Assembly (NCBI RefSeq): GCF_001194135.2
Contig: NC_068983.1
Coordinates: forward strand, 148,467,096-148,500,095
Length of the DNA stretch: 33,000 nt
DNA from: Octopus bimaculoides
Lineage: Eukaryota
Direction: 5' to 3'
Every line of letters begins with the position of its first letter. The first letter of the stretch is position 1. Made by a program: the position numbers and the translations under genes. Positions 11,637 through 22,000 of this stretch are shown here, piece by piece. Under the pieces are notes generated by a model. That model saw only the letters and a program-made list of their open reading frames with translations. It was not told where the DNA came from and searched no databases.

Positions 11637-11716
11637 AAGAATAACAACAAAACAAGAATAACAACAAAACAAGAATAACAACAAAACAAGAATAACAACA
11701 AAACAAGAATAACAAC
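11637..11716. repeat. 17-bp minisatellite (AAGAATAACAACAAAAC) x ~4.7
   Basis: Four perfect units plus a 12-bp partial unit; no spacers. Confidence 0.95.
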
Positions 11717-11803
11717 TGTTCTATATTTAAGAGGTGAGGAATTATGTACATTTTTTACTTTATTTACATTTGACCAATATTTGTCCTCGCCTTGTTTGTT
11801 GTT

Positions 11804-11849
11804 AACACAACGTTTCGGCTGATATAACCTCCAGTCTCCATCAGGTGTC
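11804..11849 (-). ncRNA. Minimal type I hammerhead motif (degenerate) in the Penelope-like pLTR
   Basis: GACAC-CTGATGG-A-GACTG(gaggttatat)CAGCC-GAAA-CG-TT^-GTGTT. Stem I pairs, helix III is a minimal palindrome, core has A9>G, and stem II has one mismatch. Confidence 0.65.
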
Positions 11850-11857
11850 TTGGGAAA

Positions 11858-11980
11858 TTTCGAACCTGGATTCTCATTCGTAAGGTATTTTTCGATATTA
11901 TTATTATTATTATAATTCAGGTCACTGCCTGGAATCTTGGGGTTAGTAGCCCACGCTCTTAACCACTACGCCATATGCCC
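11858..11980 (-). promoter_or_regulatory. tRNA-like Pol III internal promoter remnant within the PLE 3' region
   Basis: Minus strand GGGCATATGGCGTAGTGGTTAAGAGCGTGGGCT (A box TGGCGTAGTGG, 11963-11973); B-box-like GGTTCGAAA at 11858-11866. Confidence 0.5.
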
Positions 11981-12494
11981 ATGAAGTGAATTTTAGAGCT
12001 TATAAATCTAATATTTTTCTATCCTTCCTTAATACCGGTTCCCATATGCTGCTCATATCTGTACTCGGTCTGCGTAGGAGGTTGTTGTGTCCTAGCATAT
12101 TGTGCTGCTTCTTTTAGTTTTCGTATTTTCCAGTGGTGTTCTCTGTCTATTATTTTAACTTCATCCCACAGAGTGAGGTGGTCTCCATTTTTCCATATAT
12201 GATCAGCTATACCCGATTAATCAATACCTCCTCGTGTCACAGCTTTGCGATGTTCCTCTACCCTTATTTTGAGGGGGCGACATGTTTCGCCTTTGTATAA
12301 TCTACCAGAGCTGCATGGGATGGGGTACAGGTAGTTTTTGGTCATATTCTCTTCTTTGGTGGTTTTACCCCAAGGAGATATTTTCGAAGAGTTGTATTAC
12401 TCTTGAATACTGCCCTGATTTCATATGGGCCGAATATCTTTTGTATCTTTTCAGAGAGACCTATATTTTCAGTACTTTTTCCGAACAAATAAGT

Positions 12495-12690
12495 TACAGG
12501 GACGTAAACAAAGCAAAACACGGCCATATTCATACATATATACAACGGATTACCATAAAATGTTTGCTTACCAAATTCATTCACAAAGCAACAGTCGGCT
12601 CGGAACAATAGAAGAGAAATCTTACCCAAGGTATCACGCAGAGAGACTGACCCCGAACCTATGGGGTTACGAAACAAACTTAACCAAATA
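12495..12690 (-). mobile_element. Degenerate SINE
   Basis: Minus strand GGTTCGGGGTCAGTCTCTCTGCGTGATACCTTGGGTAAG...GAGCCGAC...TTGTGAATGAATTTGGTA, same family as 14003. Confidence 0.7.
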
Positions 12691-12708
12691 GATATGTCTG
12701 AGTGTTAT

Positions 12709-12807
<99 letters not shown>

Positions 12808-13284
12808 TTACTGGTAGCGATCAACAACACCTGTAATCTCATCGAAACAATTACCTCTTCTACCTACCGATAAACGTAACACCTATAATACCACGATGTC
12901 AAACTTTGAGATTCTAAACAAAAGACAAGCTGCCGATCGGGGAGCAAACTGAAAATGAGCATATTTCAATAGGAAACAAATTAACATACTTCGTGCAGCG
13001 AAATCGGGCAATGCCGAATTTTACATTGCCAGCAAGTGAACTGTCACACTAACTCGGATATTATAAATAGCATGCAACATCACAATGGCGCATAAAGAGA
13101 AAAGTTATGAGACTCCTTGAAACGTAACATTGGGGCTCAGTCACTGTGCTGAATGGAAACGGGAAACTCAGCGTAGCGAGAAAGGGAAGCCTGAACTTCG
13201 AATAAATGAATACGTGTGTGGATAAATATGTGTGTGCGTGCGTCTGTATACGTATGTTGGTGATTGTGTGTGTGTGTGTGTGTA

Positions 13285-13358
<74 letters not shown>

Positions 13359-14002
13359 AGTATGTATGTATGTATTATGTATGTGTATGTGTATGCATGT
13401 GTGTATGTATGTATGTATGTATGTATATATTGTACGTATACTTTTAAATATACTTTTATATTTTGCTTATTTACACATTCCCAAATAAAGATGATGCGTT
13501 GGAGCTTGCGTGTTGTGAGTGTGTGTGTGTATGTGCGTGTATGTGTATGTGTGCGAGTGAGTGTGCATGTATGTGCGCGTATGTGAATTAGTGTGTCAGT
13601 ATGTAGATATATATCTCCTAGCATTACACTGTAAACGCATTTCCTTTTCTTTTCCTTTTAATTTGCATGCCTTGGAGAAGAATTAAATGAAATCATTGCA
13701 AAGAGTTTGGCAAAAGAAAAATGCAAAAATCTAGCAATTATAATAGTATATTTTTATGCTTATATATCTGAATAGCCCCATGTGTGTGTGTGTCTGTGTG
13801 TGTCTGTGTGTGTGTGCGCGCACGCGCTTGCACGCGTTTCTACATGCTGATGTGTGTCACAGTGATGAGCGAAGTATCACAGAGTACATTACTATTTTAA
13901 GACAATTATACACGGAACAGATTATAAAATACAATTACGGAGCAAGAATGGTGCATCCATATACGTGTGTGTGTGTGTGTGTGTCTGTCTGTCTGTCTGT
14001 AT

Positions 14003-14125
14003 TGTAGGCTTGGCTGTGTGGTAAGAAGGTTGCTATCCAACCACATGGTTCTGTGTTCAGTCCCACAAAATGACACCTTGGGCAAGTGTCTTGTACTATA
14101 GCCTCGGCCAATCAAAGTTTTGTGA
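14003..14125 (+). mobile_element. tRNA-derived SINE head and body
   Basis: A box TGGCTGTGTGG, B-box-like GTGTTCAGTCC, CACCTTGGGCAAGTGTCTT. Bases from 14060 are repeated identically after the gap at 14531. Confidence 0.85.
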
Positions 14126-14131
14126 GTTTTG

Positions 14132-14165
<34 letters not shown>

Positions 14166-14166
14166 C

Positions 14167-14203
<37 letters not shown>

Positions 14204-14602
14204 NNNNNNNNNNNNNNNNNNNNNNNNNNNNNNNNNNNNNNNNNNNNNNNNNNNNNNNNNNNNNNNNNNNNNNNNNNNNNNNNNNNNNNNNNNNNNNNNN
14301 NNNNNNNNNNNNNNNNNNNNNNNNNNNNNNNNNNNNNNNNNNNNNNNNNNNNNNNNNNNNNNNNNNNNNNNNNNNNNNNNNNNNNNNNNNNNNNNNNNNN
14401 NNNNNNNNNNNNNNNNNNNNNNNNNNNNNNNNNNNNNNNNNNNNNNNNNNNNNNNNNNNNNNNNNNNNNNNNNNNNNNNNNNNNNNNNNNNNNNNNNNNN
14501 NNNNNNNNNNNNNNNNNNNNNNNNNNNNNNGTCCCACAAAATGACACCTTGGGCAAGTGTCTTGTACTATAGCCTCGGCCAATCAAAGTTTTGTGAGTTT
14601 TG

Positions 14603-14638
<36 letters not shown>

Positions 14639-15311
14639 CTCATGTGTGAATCTGCGGGTAGTCGGATGCCTGTGGTTTTTGCATGCCAATGTGCACGTGC
14701 GTAAGTGAAAGATGATACGTTAAGTGGGCACTAAGAAAGGTAAATATGAATCTAATTGATCGTTGCAAAACACACACACATACATGTACATTTGTGTGTG
14801 TTGAGAGCGTGCTAAAACAAAAATGGGGATAATGAATTTTAATGTGTGTGTATGTGTGTGTGAGAGCGAGAGTGACACACAAACAGACAGGTGGACAGAT
14901 TGCTATTTCAGTAAGTTTATCGACAATAAATCATCATGATGAACAAATGCGTCCATAAGTAGTATATACAACGTTCATTCGTTAGCAACCAATGTCGCCC
15001 GCTGAGCCAATTGAGCGTAGTAAAATAGAAATACTCTGAAATCGTGTTCAGTTGTGAAAAGTTTGGTTGTAGAACAGTACCGTATAGGATGAAAACAGCA
15101 GGTTTTTAGTAATAACTTTAGATTACGAAGCCTGAGAGTTGTCATTGGAAAGGTTCACTGCTCGAGTTGACAGGCTATTTTCAATTCTTCCGGGGTGGGG
15201 AAATGTTTTCAAGGACCGAAATATATCTGCATAGCATTTTTTGATAATATTCTCTTTTGTATATTACATTCTTGTATTTCCATCACATAAATACATTCTT
15301 AGTTTTAATAG

Positions 15312-15423
15312 GTTGATTGCTCGACCTGTTAGAAGTCTGACTGTTAGTCTTCTCGATGAGAAGTGGCCTGAGACTAAACAACGACTACCCACATATGCAA
15401 AAATCCACCAGCAACTAATTTGA
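15312..15423 (+). CDS. Candidate terminal coding exon: LIARPVRSLTVSLLDEKWPETKQRLPTYAKIHQQLI*
   Basis: Long pyrimidine tract with ttttaatag acceptor; phase 2 start compatible with 9429-9535; stop TGA 15421-15423. Confidence 0.35.
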
Positions 15424-15529
15424 GAGGAAATATATGTACAGAGCCATAGTGTAATATTTTCCACACGTGAATATTTACCGTTAAGAATATCCTTTAAATG
15501 TGTGTTTACCTGATAACTGATTGTTTAAC

Positions 15530-15800
15530 TTTATTGCTCGCGTAGTAAGCTACGAAATTTTTACATACTCTCGGTTTCCTGTAATTCAGACCGCTTCATG
15601 ATCTCAGCTGACATAATGAAAAAGGCGTTGTCTCGGAGAATGGCGAGGGAGAGGCACTGGAACAGTTACAATGATTCATGGGGCTTGTATTTGGAAATAG
15701 CCCTCTTCGACCCGATAACGGTGAACAGGGTATGGTCGGGAGCCGAGAACGCCGAAAGTCTCTATTGCCACAGGATCGACCATAAACCTGTCAGTGAGCG
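15530..15800 (-). mobile_element. 3' end of an RLE-type non-LTR retrotransposon (CRE/Hero-like endonuclease C-terminus)
   Basis: Minus strand SLTDRFMVDPVAIETFGVLGS, then a frameshift to HESL*LFQCLSLAILRDNAFFIMSA. This matches the FxPxAxETxGxxG and LFQRLSxAIxRGNA motifs of these endonucleases. AATAAA follows at 15530-15535. Confidence 0.7.
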
Positions 15801-16073
15801 ACCGTTATTTAAACAAGCATTCGAGCGCGTACGCACGCACGCGCACACACACACACATACGTTAATAGTTAATCGCTAATAATTAATCTTTAGTTAAACT
15901 TGATACATCACACATTGGGTGTATTGTTAGTGTATGAATTGTTAGTTTCATCATAGAAATCTAGGGATGGATTAGCGATTTGCTAACGTGCATAGATAAA
16001 ATTAAAATAGACAGCAGTTTGCAATGTTTTACCAATAAGGAAAACTGTCCGAAATCTGCCGAAGTAGAGACAG

Positions 16074-16124
16074 TCCTTACTGATGAGGCAAGGGAAATTG
16101 CCGAAACTGACGTCAGTATCAGGA
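16074..16124 (+). ncRNA. Type I hammerhead ribozyme with intact catalytic core
   Basis: TCCTTA-CTGATGA-GGCAA(gggaaa)TTGCC-GAAA-CTG(acgt)CAG-TA^-TCAGGA. Stem II 5 bp, stem III 4 bp inside the perfect palindrome ACTGACGTCAGT, stem I 5 of 6 bp; predicted GUA cleavage after 16118. Confidence 0.85.
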
Positions 16125-16404
16125 ATTCTCGAACAACATTTTCGGACGATTATAATGTCTAGATATGTATACAATTATATGCTTTGACTATAGCATTAGA
16201 GCATTTTAGCTCTTATTTCTAGCAATGCAGGTGTTTCTAAAACCATAGTTACAGTTAAGCTTTCCGTTTTTCTAAAACATTGCAAACTGCTGTTTATTTA
16301 AATTTGGTGTATACACATTAGCGATCAGCTAAATCATCCATAGGTTTTTATGATGAAAACATACAAACAAAGAATTAAGTCCGAGGTCTACCGAAGTTGA
16401 GCCA

Positions 16405-16455
16405 GTCCTCCTGACGAGACAACGGGAATTTCAGAAACTGACATCAATATAAAGA
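16405..16455 (+). ncRNA. Degenerate second hammerhead copy
   Basis: GTCCTC-CTGACGA-GACAACGGGAATTTCA-GAAA-CTGACATCAA-TA. Core retained, stems damaged. Confidence 0.55.
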
Positions 16456-17428
16456 ATTCCCAAACAGTGGTTTAGGACGATTATAGTCTCTGTATATATG
16501 TATAGAATTATGCGTATTAGAGCATTTTAGCTCTTATTTCTAGCAATGTAGGTGTTTCTAGCACCTTAAGCATATTTAGTGACAATTATTTATATATGTG
16601 TGTGTGTGTGTGTGAGTGTGTGTGTGTATGTGTGTGCTTATATATATGCTTGTGTATATATCCATATATATATATACGTGTGTGTATATATAGATATATA
16701 CTCATGTACGTATATATATATCCTCAGGTGTCATGCATACAGGACTCTGAGCTTGTGTGTACGCGCATGCGCGAACGTATACGCGTAGATTGATGATAAA
16801 ATAATTGATTAATATACTTAACCTGTAACGAGAGCGATTAAACATACATATTGGATATAGGACAGCGCATTTACATTGCCTGTAGTTAATGGGAAAGAAC
16901 GTGATCAAATATAGATTCTATTAGCAATAAAAGCAAAATGATTCCGTATATAATGATATTTGCTATACAGTAAACTGATGGCACGAGCGAAGATATATGA
17001 CGTTTCATACTCTAATGACAGACATGGAGAGAACAAAGATTGCGGAGAAGAATGGTAAAATGAGAATGTTAAAGACGCAGAGAAGTGTAATTTTATATCA
17101 TGTAAAATATATAAGCAACTCGTTTCTCAACTGCTCGGCTTCATTTTCAGTCACCGCTACTTCGCACCTTGAGTAAATATCTTCTATCATAAGTCCAATC
17201 CAATACTTACTAAACGAGTTAGGCAGGGGATATCAAATTGTTCGCTTATTTCTCTGGGATTGGTCAAGTGATGAAATCACCTCTGATAAGACACCAACGA
17301 AAGTCGAAAATCGATTATGACTCGTCCTTTTTCTAATCTATAAAGAAAAATATAAATTCGCTATGTTTCTATATTTGCCACGTTTCTGTCTGATTATTAC
17401 GCGCTCTCTCTCTCGCTTTGTCTATCTG

Positions 17429-17485
<57 letters not shown>

Positions 17486-17831
17486 NNNNNNNNNNNNNNN
17501 NNNNNNNNNNNNNNNNNNNNNNNNNNNNNNNNNNNNNNNNNNNNNNNNNNNNNNNNNNNNNNNNNNNNNNNNNNNNNNNNNNNNNNNNNNNNNNNNNNNN
17601 NNNNNNNNNNNNNNNNNNNNNNNNNNNNNNNNNNNNNNNNNNNNNNNNNNNNNNNNNNNNNNNNNNNNNNNNNNNNNNNNNNNNNNNNNNNNNNNNNNNN
17701 NNNNNNNNNNNNNNNNNNNNNNNNNNNNNNNNNNNNNNNNNNNNNNNNNNNNNNNNNNNNNNNNNNNNNNNNNNNNNNNNNNNNNNNNNNNNTATATATA
17801 TATACAGACGCATATTCATTTAGATAGATAC

Positions 17832-17902
<71 letters not shown>

Positions 17903-17911
17903 TGCATACAC

Positions 17912-17942
<31 letters not shown>

Positions 17943-18923
17943 TGTATGTATAAGATGTGTCTTCTTGATATAATACATTATAGTAGTGCTATTGCGAAGG
18001 CATTGTAATGATGGGTAACGCAGATCTCACAGTGCTGTTTAGAAAGAAATTCGCTTCGCAACTATGTGCTCCCGATTCTTTATGCACGTTTGGGATCTAG
18101 TATGTGGAGAATGGAAGGTTGAAACTGCAAAAACCCGTCATGTGTGTGAGCGTGCGTGTGTTTGTGTTTGCGTGTGCCTCTGTGTGTGTGCGTGTATGTG
18201 TGTGTGTGTGTATGTGTGTGTGTGTGTGTGTGTAATAGAATTCTGATAATATATTTCTTCACTGATAAGAGTACACACATACGTGTATGGGTGGTCTGTG
18301 TGTGTGTGTATGCGTGTGTGTATGTGTGCGTGTGCTTGTGTGCTTGTGTGTATGTGTGTAATTGTCTGCTCACTTATCCACTCCGTGTGTGTATTTATAA
18401 GATACTGATTTATATAATGTCCTCAATGAGTATTGTTTTCGTGTTCTTTTCTAAGAGGAAACATTAGTCTACTTTTTTTTTTTTCTTTAATAACTCTTGT
18501 CATTTATAAATAGAAAAACATCGATGCAGAATACTGCAAAAACCTATTATATGTACTGTGGTATATTGGGTAACAAAAGAAAAGTAATTTTATGATTGTG
18601 AGGTGGTGTTTACTGCGACGAAGACAATAGCGATTGCGATGAACATCTGCAAAAAGAAAAAATTATAGCATAAAACAGCTATCCTAGAATCACATATGAT
18701 CGTAAAGTCAAAATTATAGTTTATACATTACAGATATTGTATAGATAGGTCATACATTGTCGACTTTTCTTATCATATTATCTTTCTCAATTTAAATATT
18801 TTAAATTATTGTTTGCAGAATTTACCTCTGTACACTACACACGCAATCAAACAATAGTATTTCAGCAAAATAAAATAGACGATATATATGTATAAATACA
18901 CATACATGCACACACGCACGCAT

Positions 18924-18965
<42 letters not shown>

Positions 18966-19267
18966 ACACACACACACACACATAGCTGGTACATTTCAAA
19001 GTACACCAAACCAAGACTTTTCATTACTCGTAAATTGTGTCCCGTCTCTATTTCAAATAGTCATCCTAAATATAATGGCGTCTTTAATTGGCCTTGTAAC
19101 ATACTACTTATATATCCGATTGTACGTATTTCTAAATAAAACAAAAAAAAACTCCTCCTCCATATTTTGACCATTATATGCCTTCGATGAAGCAAAACAC
19201 TTCACTATCTCTCGGTCTCTCACTCTTACTCTCTTCCTAAATACATACATATATATTCATTTTAAAA

Positions 19268-19606
19268 GTTATCTCTATAGATTTTCTACTGAATACAGAG
19301 TCAGCACTGCAAGTTACAACATCTTGGTAAACAAATACGTATATGTAAACAATTCGATCGAACATAGAAAATGAAGGTATCGGTGGTATATTCATATTTT
19401 AGGGATTATTGTCCTTTCATCAGTTCTTCATCTAACACATCATAGTGAGATGCTGATGAAAGGACAATAACCTTGCAAGAAGCATATTCACCCATTACCA
19501 TATTTTTTTAATATCGGATCACGTTCTTTATGGAGACATATTTGTTTACGAAAGGTCGTACATTAAATTGCTGCCCCTGAATTGTATAGAAAATGTATAG
19601 AGATAA
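19268..19606. mobile_element. Second fold-back element of the 4390-4967 family with a short spacer
   Basis: Ends TTATCTCTATAG...TATAGAGATAA. Inner inverted repeat TTATTGTCCTTTCATCAG (19406-19423) / CTGATGAAAGGACAATAA (19453-19470). Confidence 0.8.
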
Positions 19607-20629
19607 AATTATACCACTGTTAACACATTGTAAAACATAGTATTGACTTATCATGTGTGTGGGGGGTGCATCATTAGAATTATATGTTTTAATCACAATA
19701 TTCTAATATTATAAGCGTTAGGAATTATCCGTTTAGTCAGGTTATAAACGTAAATTCTACACGGCTTTTCTCAAACATTTTGAAATATATTTATAAACAT
19801 TGTAGTTCTCCATTTATCACAGTGTTCCAAGCTCTTTAAATTACACCCACTTATACCTAAACATTTATATATTTAAGATATCTGTCCTATTTACTCACCC
19901 TACCGTCAGTAAATATTTAAGCTTTACACACAAGCACACACGCGCGCACAGGCGCAATTGAACGCTTCTATGCGTACGTTTACATGTGCGTTTGTATAAA
20001 CATGAATATATAAATATCAAATTCCCAGACAAAAGCACACGCTCACTCAATAATATTGTCTAAGTTAATGTACGCAAGTATTAATGTATCTTTACATGTC
20101 AACGCCCCTGTCTTTAATAAATTACCGTAAATGTCCATGTCTACCAAATTTCTACGTATAATACGCTCTTGATCTGTACAAATTATATTATAAACTAATA
20201 CTATTATGCATAACAAACAATGCTGCACAACTGACTACAAGAATGGATAATCTACTATGATCCAATAGATTAGCTTTTAATATCGTATTTTATATAAAAT
20301 GCACTTACGTATTAGAAAAAAAAATAATGTACATATTATCGGTAAAATTATCAATAAATAATTGTGCGTAAATAATAAAAGATACCTGAGAAAGTTTATA
20401 TTCTGATACACTAATCGCCAACATTTTGCTATTCAGCCGTATCAGCTAGTTTTCAGCTAAGTTAAACATAATAAAGTTTACAGTTGGTTATGGCGATAGA
20501 GCAGCAGCAAGATGCTTTAGTATGATTAAATGTAACGCCATAACATCACATCATGGAAGCACGCTCAAGATAAGCGTAATGTTATAACCAACTAATAATA
20601 ATAACATTGAACTAATAATAATACTAAAC

Positions 20630-20720
20630 ATTCTTTCTTATTTTGGCACAAGACCAGAGATTTTAAGGGGAGAGAAGTCGATTAAATCCGACTTCTCGAC
20701 TGGTACTTATTTTACTGATG
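20630..20720 (-). mobile_element. SINE 3' fragment
   Basis: Reverse complement of AAAATAAGTACCAGTC...AATCGACT...TCTTGTGCCAAAAT. Confidence 0.65.
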
Positions 20721-20775
20721 TAATCGATCTGCTCCTTCTCAACAAATTTCACTTCTTGTGCCTATAGTAGAAAGG

Positions 20776-20839
<64 letters not shown>
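20776..20839. repeat. (TTA)n microsatellite (TAA tail/target of the minus-strand LINE)
   Basis: Direct reading. Confidence 0.97.
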
Positions 20840-20840
<1 letters not shown>

Positions 20841-22000
20841 TGCTTGTCAAGTCACAACAAGGAACTCAGACAGACAGTACTTTACGCAATATGCATGGCA
20901 GAGGGTTATATCTATCTATATTTTCGCCTTCCTTCTTGACTATTCGGGGGTCAGAGGGGCATGCAACGTCAACTATATAGCATATGTGTTGCACCTTGTC
21001 CACCGCCACTAGGTCAAGTCTGTTATGGTCTAGCACTTGATTGGATTGGGAAATCCCAGAGGATTTTGCTAGTCTCCGACTCTGCTATTCTCTGCAGTTT
21101 GTGCTCATATCACGTCTTACCTCTATCTAGCCCCACTTTTCACACAGTTTCCAGTGTAGCACTTTTGCTACCTGGTCGTGTCGCCACAACTTGTAATGGA
21201 TTTGGGTAAGTCAAGGGCATTCGTTCGTGATGTTGGCAATGGTTTCACACACTCTATTGCAGATGCGTAACAGCAGAGACATTTGCTTATTCTTCAGTCC
21301 CAGAGGGGTTTTGCCTTCCCCTTTTCGTTCATTACCTTTTCCGGTGTATTTTGGTACCAAGCATCCGTTACCTCGTATCTATACTTCCGACATAGTAGCC
21401 AGTGAAGGTTTTGTCCTACCTTGTCGTGTCTGCACTTCTACTCTTTCTGCGCAAGACTTTCACAAGCACTAGCAATGTGAGCCACACTTTCGACCGACCC
21501 TCTTACCACACATTCTTCATAGGTTCGTTGCACTTGTGGGGTATATATCCCTCTTCACTGAGTTGATATTCAATGCCTGATCCTCGGCAGCGATGATTAG
21601 GATTTCAATATTGTTTTCCCTTGCTGAGCCACCTCCATGATATTTCCTGGTTTCTTAATTTGTTAGTTTTAGTTTCATGGTGGAACTGACCATGTAATTC
21701 CATGCGGAGTAGGGTTTCGTCTCTCTCCTTGGCTGTTCGTGATCGGAATTCATGAGCACACGGAAGTCCATTTTTGATAAATCCTTCCACATCAGTAGCA
21801 TATTGTAGGTCTTTTTTGCTGGTTACCAAATATTCTGCCATGTTTCTTTTTTCACTGTTCAAGCACTCTCGTACGCTAATCAGCCCACGTCCACCTTTAC
21901 CCCTCTTTATGTAGAGCTTGTGTACATTTGCCTTAGGGTGAAGGGCACCATACATTGTCATTGTCTTTGGGCTAGTGCGATCGAGTTGGTTAATCCCCGC
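20841..22000 (-). mobile_element. 5'-truncated R4/Dong-clade LINE remnant, apparently chimeric
   Basis: MTMYGALHPKANVHKLYIKRGKGGRGL, IIAAEDQAL, ESVAHIASAC...RHDKV, a second RHDQVAKVLHWKL, and HNRLDLVAVDKVQHICYIVDVACPSD. TAA-type repeats on both sides. Confidence 0.88.

Larger units (their letters stand above)
11717..12480 (-). mobile_element. Penelope-like element 3' fragment (linker, GIY-YIG endonuclease, 3' pLTR)
   Basis: Minus strand: IGLSEKIQKIFGPYEIRAVFKSNTTLRKYLLGVKPP, then YLYPIPCSSGRLYKGETCRPLKIRVEEHRK...ADHIW...KIRKLKEAA...DMSSIWEPVLRKDRKILDL* (stop 12000-12002). One internal stop and frameshifts. Confidence 0.88.
15945..16562 (+). mobile_element. Two diverged ~331-bp tandem units, each with a hammerhead motif (retrozyme/PLE-pLTR-like)
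   Basis: Cores start at 16080 and 16411. Both share upstream GTCCGA..TCT.CCGAAGT.GAG.CAGTCCT and downstream GGACGATTATA and ATTAGAGCATTTTAGCTCTTATTTCTAGCAATG. Confidence 0.75.

Noticed and set aside
11637-11716. Short direct repeats as a CRISPR-like array
   Set aside because: Head-to-tail units with no spacers, in eukaryotic context.
11915-11980. tRNA gene
   Set aside because: Only the 5' half and A box are tRNA-like; no T arm or acceptor closure, and it sits inside a repeat.
14531-14640. Exact duplicate of 14060-14165 (SINE plus TA repeat) across the gap
   Set aside because: Identical sequence on both sides of an N gap is most simply an unmerged contig overlap; it needs long reads to be believed.
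14975-15020. GTTAGCAAC plus two CCAAT motifs as a promoter
   Set aside because: Short motifs are expected by chance, the X-box is incomplete, and there is no independent evidence of a transcription start.
15590-15729. Plus-strand host exon (RFMISADIMKK...PITVNR)
   Set aside because: The opposite strand matches retrotransposon endonuclease motifs; kept only as a possible exonisation.
17262-17325. Hammerhead-like CTGATAA-GAC...GTC-GAAA-ATCGAT-TA
   Set aside because: The essential G8 is missing and there is no convincing stem I.
20482-20594. Nested short inverted repeats (GTTATGGCG/CGCCATAAC) as a pre-miRNA
   Set aside because: Pairing is limited to about 9-10 bp, with a poorly paired interior.
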